NCBI GenBank assembly: GCA_973895155.1
Contig: OZ316893.1
Location: 4,514,877-4,578,876, forward strand
From: Marsupella aquatica
Lineage: Eukaryota > Plantae > Marchantiophyta
Direction of reading: 5' to 3'
Length of the DNA stretch: 64,000 bases
Part shown: positions 10,234-20,384 of the stretch, in pieces
Numbering within the stretch: the first letter of the stretch is position 1
How the letters are laid out: every line of letters begins with the position of its first letter
Translations under genes and position numbers: made by a program
The notes under the pieces: generated by a model
The model's input: the letters and a program-made list of their open reading frames with translations, nothing else
The model's database searches: none
What the model was told of the DNA's origin: nothing

Positions 10234-13200
10234 CTAATCAAACTTAAGTCTACACCTCAAGAATGAGCCAAGATCAAGTGTCGAAGCTTCATGTTCCACT
10301 TCATCCTCTTCATCCTCATCATTGTCGTTCTCCTTCGCGGTTGTAATAATGCAAGTTCCAGTGGTGAGGGTGCTCGTAGTACCACCAATAGGTGGTTGAA
10401 CCTCAAAGCTCATGGGTCCTGTACCCTCCTCGGTTGCTTCATCATTCAAGTCCCACGATTCATCAAGCGTGACAAGTCGGGTCCGGATACAATCCACCTG
10501 GCTTGCACTGAGCTCCACGGCTGTCACCGGACGTTTCCCTAACAAGGCAGCGCATGAGGTCGAACCACTCCTCGCACATAAATCAGCAACCCAATCCCCT
10601 ACTTCACTAAAATGTTGAACGAATCAATCTGCTAAAGCTATCGGTTTCTGGTAAAGGTTCACTATTTCTCCCAATGGTGTTACACATTTCTTTGTAACAC
10701 AAGGGACTTTTATGATGTTTACCTTTTTCTCATCATGTTCAAAATTGTACATGTCTCTGGTCCTAATACCACTCTCGTGATAATATCCGATTGACCAATT
10801 TTCAAAAGCCCAAGCCAATCGATTCTCGGAAGGATGAGCATGTACATTTGGCTTCTCCCAAATTCTAGCCTCTACACCTGCGTTACAAGTTTTTCCAAGA
10901 GCATTCATCACAGACCAAGTTTGCTGCAAAGAGTGAATCACAACAAACCTCCACATCTTTGAACTTGTCACCTTGGCAAAACAATTCACCATATCCACAA
11001 TATCACTCTCTGAAAATGGGACCTCATCATTTTCAGAGCCAGGCGCATTGAATCCATAAGGAATGTCTGCAATTGCAAGTGTGTAATTCCTTTTCTCTAC
11101 AAACTTATCCAGCGCCTTGACATCTCCACAATGCAATGTATATCTGATAAAATTTCCGTCAGCGTTTTTCCATCGATGGTCACTCGACTCTGCTTCAACC
11201 GTTTCAATCCCACGACGACGGTTGTAGTTCTCAATCGCTTCTTGAACATAATTCTTAAACCCCGGGGGAATAACACTCGAAGTCAGCTCCTCCGTAGGCT
11301 TCTCAACCGCATCGGCACCAATTGCATCCTTGTTCTTCTTCTTCAAAAAAGCTTTCAACTGCAAACGTAAACTTGTTAAAAGAATATGGAGGAAAGACAA
11401 TGGGGAGATAACCATTTAGGAATTCAAACAATCAAATCTGGACGACGAATGCGACATGGGATACTCCGTATCCTAGTTCGTATTCAACCAAGCAAAAACC
11501 ACAATCAAACATCACCACCGTCAAATAACCACAAGTGAATCCGAGATGGGATACCCCGTATCCCACTTCGCATTCGACCAAGCAAAAACCACATTGAAAC
11601 ATCACAAACGTCAAATAACCACATTGAATACAAGATGGGATACCGCGTATCCCACTTCGAATTCAACCAAGCAAAAACCACATTGAAACATCACAAACGT
11701 CAAATAACCACAAGTGAATACGAGATGGGATACCGCGTATCCCACTTGGCATTCAACCAAGAAAAAACCGCATTGAAACATCACCAACATCAAATAAGCA
11801 CAAGTGAATCCGAGATGGGATACCCCGTATCCTACTTCGCATTCCAACAAGAAATCCACGAAGAAAACCTCCGAACATGGCGAAACAAATAGAAAAGTCC
11901 AATCAGTGGAAGGGGAGATCGAACATACCACATCGGACAATTTCCCACTCCATCTTTCAAGCTCGATAGATTCTATTTCTTTCGGAAACATTCATTTGCA
12001 AGTCGCCCAGTCTTTCTGCCCTGACAATTGAACAAAAAGCTTGCTGATTTTCACAAGTTTCTTGTAACTCTCGGCTTCTTTTGCCATCTGCTCCAAAGAG
12101 ATCATCCGGTCCTTCACTCGGAGAAGAAGGGACTCCAAAAATCGGTCGTGTTCAATTCCCTGGATTGCTCTCCAAGGTGTCAAGGTAAGGCCCCCTGCAA
12201 GCTTATTCAAAGCTTTTGGAATCGACTGTGCTTTCCCTTTCCTTTCTTGAGTTTCTTGATCGGTGACTTCTGCTTATTCTGCCATTTGATCTCCAACTTG
12301 TTCCACATCTCAAAGATCTGGTCTTGGAGTTCCCAGACCTTACCCGACCTAAATGTAATTTGGAAGAGAGGCTCATGCTTCTTCAGGCTTGTGGCGTCCC
12401 CCGGAAAAAACCCGTCGAGGCAAACCTCCATCGCACACGCTTCTCTAGTCTCCTTGGTTTTTGCCATTCCTCTGGCAATGAAAATCTTATGCATTGTTCG
12501 GATTTGATCAATGTTGTTCATTTTTTTTCCTGTACTCCTGATCAATATTATGTTGGATGCTAAGTTTTTGAATGTCCTCCCTTGTGAGACCAGCATACAC
12601 CCAAGCTTGGAGTTCATTGAAGATCTCTCTCCCATAAGCCTAATACAATTCTCTCTTAGCCCGAGCACCGTGATTACCTCCAATCACTCGATATCTCCAG
12701 CTTGTTGCCTTTTCTGGGTCCCAGTCTGTCACTGTCGGGCAGTCTTCGGGGATCACAAACAAGACAAATGGCATCATGAAATTTGTCGGATTCATTTTCA
12801 TCAAAGTCTTGATGTTCTCCACATGCAACCGATCGATTGTTCGAACCAACGTTGAGTTCTCGTTGTCAATATCGTCAACAAGAAGCAGGTTAGTTGTTTT
12901 CAGAATAACTGTTGTCTTCTAAACTCGCTTAGTCTCCATCAACCGAGACACTTCTTCACGAACCACAAGTGTCTCTTCCCGCTGCAAAGCTGTGGTGATA
13001 TCTGTTGAATCATTTTTCTTTTCTTTAATAGCTCCCCTAGATGATAAAGAAAGCCCACCTGACGAAGTTGAAGGAATCTGAGAAGGTGTCTGTGAAATTG
13101 GTGGGACCAAAGATGAGACAACACTTCCTGGTGCAGAAGGCGCGTGCTTCTGGATGTCACGTCGATCCAATTTCTTCTTGACAATAGCTTCTCTTGACAT

Positions 13201-13890
13201 CGCTACTTTAGAACCTTCCCCAGAGAGTTGATCTGCAAGCTTCCTCTTTGCCGGTTCCTTAAAAGAAACTGTGGCAGATTTCTCCTTTGTCGAGGGTGTT
13301 CCAGACATCTCCCCTGACTTTGAAGCCGGATCGGTAGGCTTCGTCACTTTCAACTTCAAAGGCCGCTCTTTGACGCCAAAGTCGGCTCCAACAACGGACC
13401 TATACGCTACCTTCGTAAAATCCTCAACAACCCTCCAAGACTTCAAGACAAATTTCAAACACCAATAAGAAAAGTCCTCAATCTCCGGCACTTCCGAAAT
13501 TAGCTGGCAGATCGGGTCATCAGGAAATGTGTTCATCGAGACCCGATCAAGTTTCTCGTAGTTGAGGACAACTACAGTGAAGGCATTGTTCGGAAGAATG
13601 CAAAGGTACATTGGAATCTTCTTCAGCTGTTTTGTTTTTGAGTCGGTGATATCCGCCTCCCCGGTGTCCACGACTAATCCATAATGGCAATGGTCTTTAC
13701 CCTTAACTATAACCAACCACACCGCTGGACCTTCATAGTCTCTGTGAATATCCATCGCCCGAGCATCCCTAAAGTACCACCTATTCCTCACGAGTTTCTC
13801 CTCCGTGTAAAGGTCTTTCTTCCAAATCTCATCGACGATGGATGTCTGTGAAGACTGGGTCGAACCAGACGACTTTGATTTGTTCGACAT
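10234..13890 (-). pseudogene. ParB/Srx-like domain fused to a beta-class N6-adenine/N4-cytosine DNA methyltransferase (N6_N4_Mtase-like), preceded by an unknown N-terminal domain
   Basis: ATG at 13890 follows a tttttcag acceptor. ParB-like segment: VRTIDRLHVENIK...YRVIGGNHGARA...AWVYAGLTREDIQKLSIQHN. A phase-0 GT-AG intron lies at 11928-11359. MTase motifs occur in beta order: LHCGDV, LAIADIPY (motif IV), IWEKPN, YQKPIAL, GDWVADLCARSGSTSCAA (motif I), VTAVEL. Stops at 12919, 12640, 11992 and 10624, plus about two frameshifts. Confidence 0.8.
11445..11845. repeat. Intronic 89-90-bp tandem array with five palindromes TGGGATAC-N3-GTATCC(C/T)A
   Basis: Palindromes at 11457-11475, 11547-11565, 11636-11654, 11726-11744 and 11816-11834. 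The intervening sequences are homologous to each other. Confidence 0.95.
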
Positions 13891-13933
13891 GATCCTGAAA
13901 AAGATTGACACACTTAGAACCAGACCAAAAGTA

Positions 13934-13978
13934 GTTGAATGCGAGATGGGATACGCGGTATCCCACTTCGCATCCAAC
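13934..13978. promoter_or_regulatory. Solitary copy of the same palindrome (45-bp imperfect inverted repeat), ~45-90 bp upstream of the ParB-MTase ATG; putative operator
   Basis: GTTGAATGCGAGATGGGATAC-GCG-GTATCCCACTTCGCATCCAAC is seen directly. The regulatory role is inference. Confidence 0.5.
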
Positions 13979-13984
13979 ATCAAC

Positions 13985-14225
13985 AATATTCCTTTGCAAA
14001 ATGAAAATAATATTTCAACCCCTAACTCCCCACAAACACCACCAAGGCAAACACAGGGACGACACCCTTCCATTGGTGTGGCAACACCCCTAGTAGAGAC
14101 AAAATTCAGTTCCATTTGCCTTTAGATGAGGTGATATCCCTATTTCATGACACTTTTGGCATATCCCTCTAAAGTGGTATGACTTGGGAGTGATTTAATT
14201 TCCCCAAAAATTTGCATCATGCCTT
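13985..14225 (+). repeat. Diverged partial unit of the ~580-bp satellite
   Basis: cccttccattggtgtggcaac...tccatttgcctttaga...gacacttttggcatatccctctaaagtggtatgacttgggagtgattt matches the units at 57560-62140. Confidence 0.75.
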
Positions 14226-14783
14226 TGGGTCCAGCAATTAAAAAAGCTAGACATTAAGTCAAATGAAATTTACAAGTTCGTACATAAATATAAATGTACT
14301 TTTGACTCAATGGACCCTCGGGGGGGTCACTGTATGTAGGGCTCTACATCACGTGCGACGTTTTAGGGTCTGGACCCCCTAACTTTTAAGTGAAATTTTT
14401 TTTCCCCACTCCCTTACTTTCTGAAAAGCGACCATTTTTTGAATTGTTTACCCCTATAAAACTTTATGGAAAGTTTTATGATGATTTAAAAAATGCCTAT
14501 TAAGGAAAGTTAAGTACCTCAATAGTGTAGAGCCAATTGATGCAAATTGATACATTCAATGAATTTACATCATGAAGCTGAATATCTTGTAAATATCATC
14601 CAACAACTTGTAGTTTTCACTCTTGAATAGTGAAGCATGGTGGGTGCCACATACTATGAATAGGTAACCAAACAACATAGGTTGCCTATTCAAGGCATCG
14701 GTACTCTACCTTGTTTCACAAACTCCCGCATGATGATGTCCACATCTACCTTCCTTCACAGACTCATGCATGATGATGTACAC

Positions 14784-14862
14784 ATGACGGAGGGGAATTG
14801 AACCCCTGATTGAGCATAAATCTCAATTTGCCAATCCGCATCCCCTACTCTACTCCCTCCCA
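14784..14862 (-). other. Degenerate tRNA-like / SINE-head-like sequence
   Basis: The minus strand has a perfect T-arm AGGGG-TTCAATT-CCCCT (box B), preceded by the hairpin ATTGAG-N7-CTCAAT. Acceptor, D and anticodon stems are poor. Confidence 0.3.
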
Positions 14863-14930
14863 CTAACCCTACAAATGCATCACATACACACATAACAAAC
14901 TACTTGTAATAAACAATAGTAAATTATATA

Positions 14931-17287
14931 TCACAATTTACTCACACTTTGAATGTATGTAGTCAAAGCCTGCAGGTCACTTGCATCTAGTACATACACT
15001 CTGTCAACTATCCCAGACTTCATTGTCAAGTTCACATTTGAAATTACCATCTCAATATCAATCCATTGTCCATCTGTTGCATCATAAGTGAACAAAGTTT
15101 TGTTGTTACCAGTAGATTTGTACCAATTACATTGCAAGCGGCACACACTTCCACTTTGTCCAACTACAGGTAGAGGCTTGTCCAATAGATCTATTGCTTT
15201 CCGACGTCTGACCCAATGGGAGCCATTCTTCTGTATCATAAACTCAATCCTACCCAACCAATATTCCTTCTTTGCAGATATTGGGTCAACAACAGGCCCT
15301 TTATCTATTCCCTTCCTCTTCTTTGACTTGGATGATCTGGTAGAAGGACCAACCTTTGCAGCAGACTCAAACAAAATTGCTATATCAGTAACAATGTCAA
15401 CCAAACAAGTCACAGAGTCACCATTTTCCTTCTCCTTACCAGTAGTGTAATAGGTCTTCTGGGCTATCCTAGTTAGCCTATCCTTTGACATGAAAGGATT
15501 GCAACACAATTGACTCACAAGAGTGGACTTGTAGATAGTCCTTCCCACATAAGTACAGTAGACACTACTGACCGGGGTCTCTGCACATCAGTTAAGTCTG
15601 CTTGAACTCTAGCCAAGACATGCCTTACTTCATGTCCTAGTGTCTCCATCTCACAAAATGGGTTAGTGTCCACCTCAATCGAACAATCATCAACTGTTAG
15701 TGGCTCAATACAATCCTGACTGTCTAGAGTATCCCATGAATCAATCCGATTGAGATCTTCTTCAGGATCTTCAAACTCTAGAAACTCTCCAATTGGGGGC
15801 TCAGGTCTAGGGCCTACAGTAGATCGATGCTCAACTGTGTCTTCAGCATCATCACATAACACTGTAGCCTCTTTCATGACACTTGTATCCGGCCAAGTCT
15901 CTGCCTCCACCTCCCAAGGATGAACCCACCATCGTCTTTTTGCTGCTGGCAAAGAACTCCTTGGTGACATGTTCAGCTTGCACAACAAATCCTTTGCTTC
16001 CTGCAAACCTTCCTTTAGAGCATCAACAACCAGCTCATTAGTCTGAACTACAGAGTAATCAAATAAATTTGGAGCTTGTTCTCCTTCATCCAGAGGATGT
16101 AAAGTTGCCCAAACATGATCCTGTTTATCATGTGATCGACGTATCTTCAATCCCTCTGGTCCATACTCTAATCCAGCTAGTTGATTCAGTCCCACTGCAC
16201 TGTCCAGTAGAGATCCAAAGTCATAATTTCTCTCATGGTCACTCATGCCACCTACCTTGCTGAAAAATATCTCACAACAATCTGATCCCAGCAAGTGAAA
16301 TGGAACTTGCAGATATGGGAACTTGTCCCGAAAGGCATAGATTAACAATACTACAAAATGACAAGATATGTTGATATCATGGAAAGCCTGCACAGAAATC
16401 ATGTTCTTCTCTATGATAGATCTAGCATTTCCTGTCACAGAATGATCACCATACCTCAACCATAGCCTCCACAATCGGAAGAACCAAGATACCTTTGATG
16501 CCAAGACAACACGGGTTCTTAGGTCATGCTTAACAGAGAAGAAAATATCTATGTAGTCTGCACAAACCTCCAAGTATATCATGGTCCCAAAGCTTTTGTC
16601 ATGACGAATATCTCGTCGCTCATACATATGCTGCAGGCAGGCCTGCACTCTCTTGGAAGCTATTCGTTGTGGGCCAGCCCAGTTTTGTCTATCTGTCCTA
16701 TTCACATCATCCCAATGCAAACCATGCTCATGAATTGCATAATGGTTATAAACAGATGTGACATATGACAAAGATGCATGCTGATCACCAAGAACTAACA
16801 TAGTAGACACTCGGTCCAATGGGTTAATTGCCTTCTTGCCATTGTGAGGTGGGTCTTGGTCTCCAAAACCATATAGATCTCCATTCGAAAGTATGGACAC
16901 TGAGTATTGCCACCCAACCCATCCTACACTGTACCTAGGAAAGGAACCATTCACAGCAGTATAATCTTCCATCATCAATTTCCTACGACGAGCATCATCA
17001 TCACTAGCATGGCCCAACAAAGGACCAACACTGTCTCTGCAATGTGTGTCCCACATGGACTTCAGCTGCACCCAATGCTCTCTTACCCAGGGAGCTCAAA
17101 ACTTGTTACATGTTGGTAGAACACACAATGCCAATTTAGGCATCTTTGCATGCAAAGGATTGACAATGATTACTCTAGCATACATGCCTTTGGCATATTG
17201 CTCAAAAGTACTTACAATCTTGTCATACCCTTCAGTACCTGCTCCAACCAGTACTTCCAAGCAAATACTACCAAGTGCAGACTCCAA
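14931..17287 (-). pseudogene. P-element/THAP9-like transposase, catalytic core plus C-terminus (N-terminus deleted)
   Basis: GHASDDDARRRKLM (second Asp region), DQDPPHNGKK (DxxH), DRQNWAGPQRI (insertion/GTP-binding-domain-like) and LGSDCCEIFFS (catalytic Glu) follow the P-superfamily motif order. In-frame TGA at 17096 and a frameshift near 15545. Confidence 0.7.
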
Positions 17288-17967
17288 CCAGATTCAAACC
17301 AGGCTGCCTCACGTCCCTTCTTTGTTGTTATCTTCCTTCTCCCAAGCAGCCAGACAGCAAACAGCAGCAGTCGTGCCCTCCTATCCAATGCAGGCTTGAG
17401 TCAGACAGAAAGCAAAATGGCCCTATCCTGAACGAAAGCAACAAACCACCCCGACAACCAATATGTGGTTCAAAGGCAACGATCATGTTCAGGTCCAACA
17501 CTCCTCCCAGAAAAATTATCGTTCTCTATCTTACTGCATCTACAACATTGAGCTTACCCATGGCGGCAACATACATTCATAGCTTTGCAAATGAGGGGAA
17601 ACAAATTTGCCTTTGCCAGAGGAGGAATGCAAGAGGGAGGAACGCAACAGGGAGGATCGCGCAAGTAGTAATCATGTCAGTAGGGGAACAGAGGACCAAG
17701 GCGACAATGAGGCCAACTCGCTGTGACCTCCCAAGCTCGATGTAATGTCCCAAGCTGTCACAATGGTTTCAATTGGGACGATGATGCAACAACTTGCAAT
17801 GGTCTGGGACCCAACTCCAAGTGATGGCGCACAGGAAGTAGTCAAATGGTCTGGGCGCATAAGAAGCAGTTGGCAATCACAATAAGCAGAACACTAGACC
17901 ACAATCGCGCGCACCTCCAAGATGGCAATGACAGTGAGCACACAGTACATGGCGATGGTGAGTGTAG

Positions 17968-18034
17968 GCGATAGAGGCAATGCAAGCAATAGAGGCAATG
18001 CAAGCGATAGAGGCAATGCAAGCGATAGAGGCAA
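17968..18034. repeat. 18-bp minisatellite, ~3.7 copies
   Basis: gc(g/a)atagaggcaatgcaa at 17968, 17986, 18004 and 18022. Confidence 0.9.
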
Positions 18035-18240
18035 CCAGATACCAATGTCAACCAATTGAAAGCAGAATGACAGTAACAGTCGACCTCGACAATCTACCTC
18101 CTCTCCAAAATTGCCTTGGAACTTGCGGCAGCAGTAGTCTCCTGGCCTCCAAAGTCTACCTAGCCTCGATCCTCTCCAATGTCACGGCAGCACACAACAT
18201 TCAAATGATCCTCTCCTAAGTTGTGGCACACAGCGCAGCC

Positions 18241-18407
18241 CTCCCGATTGTCACAAACTTGAACGATCCTCCAAAGTCATGGCAGCAGACCTCCCGATTG
18301 TCACAAACTTGAACGATCCTCCAAAGTCACGGCAGCAGACCTCCCGATTGTCACAAACTTGAACGATCCTCCAAAGTCACGGCAGCAGACCTCCCGTTTG
18401 TCACAAA
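18241..18407. repeat. 50-bp tandem repeat, ~3.3 copies
   Basis: ctcccgattgtcacaaacttgaacgatcctccaaagtca(t/c)ggcagcagac at 18241, 18291 and 18341, partial at 18391. Confidence 0.95.
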
Positions 18408-20384
18408 GAAAATGAACATTGAGTTTGAAACTCAATGTTCGCGCGTCCTCCTTGTTTCATCGATCCACCCTTGGGCCCACAATCCCCGTCCCTAAAGCCG
18501 CCACCTGGGCCATTTTTTACCATTGGATCTTCAACCCTAAATATCAACGGCCCTTGCAAACCCCGAGTGGCATCATGGGTCCCCCTGGGGTTCCCGTAAC
18601 CCACTTTACACCCCGTCCCAATAACCCCAACAGAAGTCCTTCACAATATAGTTTTTGGACAGAAGTTTGCGATTACAATAGGGCAAATATTAAAACATTG
18701 ATTGTGGTCTCAAAGTTGAGGAGAAGTGGTCGAGGACGAGCGATGGGCGCGAGGAGGAGGGCGGAGATGGCGGAGATGGTGGACCCCGATGGAGAGGTTG
18801 GACACGGCTGGGTCTTCGGAGGCAGTAGTCCTAGTGTAGTCCGGAGCGATGGCAGGAAGACAGTGATACCATGATGAGGGCGAACGAAGAGGAACTAGTC
18901 AAAAGCTTCATCATCACACTACACACAGATGTTCGAATCAAGAAAGATAAGCATCTTTATCTCGTAATAGAACCCAGCAAGCTGTCCCTTATTCAAGTTC
19001 AATAAAATGGAGCAAGCTACGTAATTCTTAGTATTCTCAATAGGAACCGACTCAGAATTCAAGAATTAAGTTCAGTCAGAGCGCATCAAGGCTTTTCGAG
19101 ATAAAAGATCGATACATGGAACTAATGAGACAAGATAACTCAACTACCGGACGAATCAAATGTAAAACAAGAAAATAGATAGAGTAAACTTAAAGAGATA
19201 ACCAGTGACTGCAAGCAAGAACATGACGTAACTAAGAAAAAACAAGCTCTGAAACGGAATCAGATCCAGAAGATATATTAATCAGATAACATTAAGCAGA
19301 TGTACTAAAATGATGTTAGGAAAGGTACGTATATCCAAACGAGTAAACACAAGAAAAGTACCCAAAACAAGTTACAAAGTCATCTACCCACAAACTTACG
19401 AATAGTAATCAACACATAAGTCTAAAATCCCAGTCAGGACCAAGTCATGGAAGATAACGTGACAAATTGTAAACAGTGTATGCAGACAATCAGTCGCCAT
19501 ACCAGAAGAAGATGACAGCAACAAGCAAAAACCAAGAAGAGGACAGTATGGACGGACTAAAAGAAAATATCAGAACAGACAGCTAGCGTCAGAACAACAG
19601 GAATATTGACAAGACGTTTGAAACGGTATGTCGACACGAAGTAGGAAGCCGATGTCTGAAGCCGCGTAGGAAAAGAGAAGTAACAAACAAAAGTTACATA
19701 ATACAGAAGCAAAGTGGTCATGATACAGTCACACAGAAGGCATCATCCATGTATTCCAAGATTGGAAGGGCGCAAAGAAAGTTAAAATTTGAGGATAAGA
19801 AGGTAACACTAGAAAAAGTCTGACAAAATACTCTTAACAAGCGTAGTGATAATAGACCCACCGTCGGTACATGTGTACACATTACAAAATATCAAGAATT
19901 GTTGTACAGGCCTGCATGACCCAGAAGAAGACAGATAGAATGCAACAGATGTTGACAACAGACAAAGAATCATGACATGAAAGGCAAGTATAGTGACAAG
20001 CAGATGGTAATAAAAGTTAAAGAAGTACAAAAACGAAAGAATCAAAGTACGTAAGTCCGACAAAACACATACAATAGGGGATAAATAGGAAAAACCAGAA
20101 GGTACAACCGGGATCTGACTAGTGCAGAGCCACGCAAATCTAATCCAAGAACAAGAAGACAAATATCGATCAGGACGTTGGAAATAAACAGATATGACAC
20201 TAACAAGACATGAGGTTAATCCGGGGGGGGGGGAAGATAGTCAAGGACCACATCAAGTAAGCTAGGAAAACAATAATCAACAGAACTGAAGGTCCAAGCG
20301 CACAATCAAATACTTCAACTCCAGAGAGTCGGATGTTAGAACTGTCCAAAAACAAGAGCGCATTACCAAGAACAAATCAAATTG

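Noticed and set aside
11445-11845. CRISPR array (regularly spaced palindromic repeats)
   Set aside because: The sequences between palindromes are homologous to each other rather than unique spacers. There are no cas genes, and the array is inside a spliceosomal intron.
11432-11928. Cys/Phe-rich repetitive ORFs 11432-11614, the distal part of 11611-11991 and 11635-11892
   Set aside because: These are translations of the intronic 90-bp repeat. Splicing 11928-11359 joins the flanking exons in frame.
10234-13890. Bacterial contamination or a restriction-modification system
   Set aside because: The gene has GT-AG introns, eukaryotic neighbours (Ulp1, spliced transposase) and continuity with the plant-type satellite. 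No restriction endonuclease is seen.
13891-14115. N-terminal 75 aa of ORF 12919-14115
   Set aside because: It reads through satellite-derived sequence, the palindrome and a splice acceptor. The likely start is the ATG at 13890.
14784-14862. Functional tRNA gene
   Set aside because: The acceptor, D and anticodon stems do not pair adequately.
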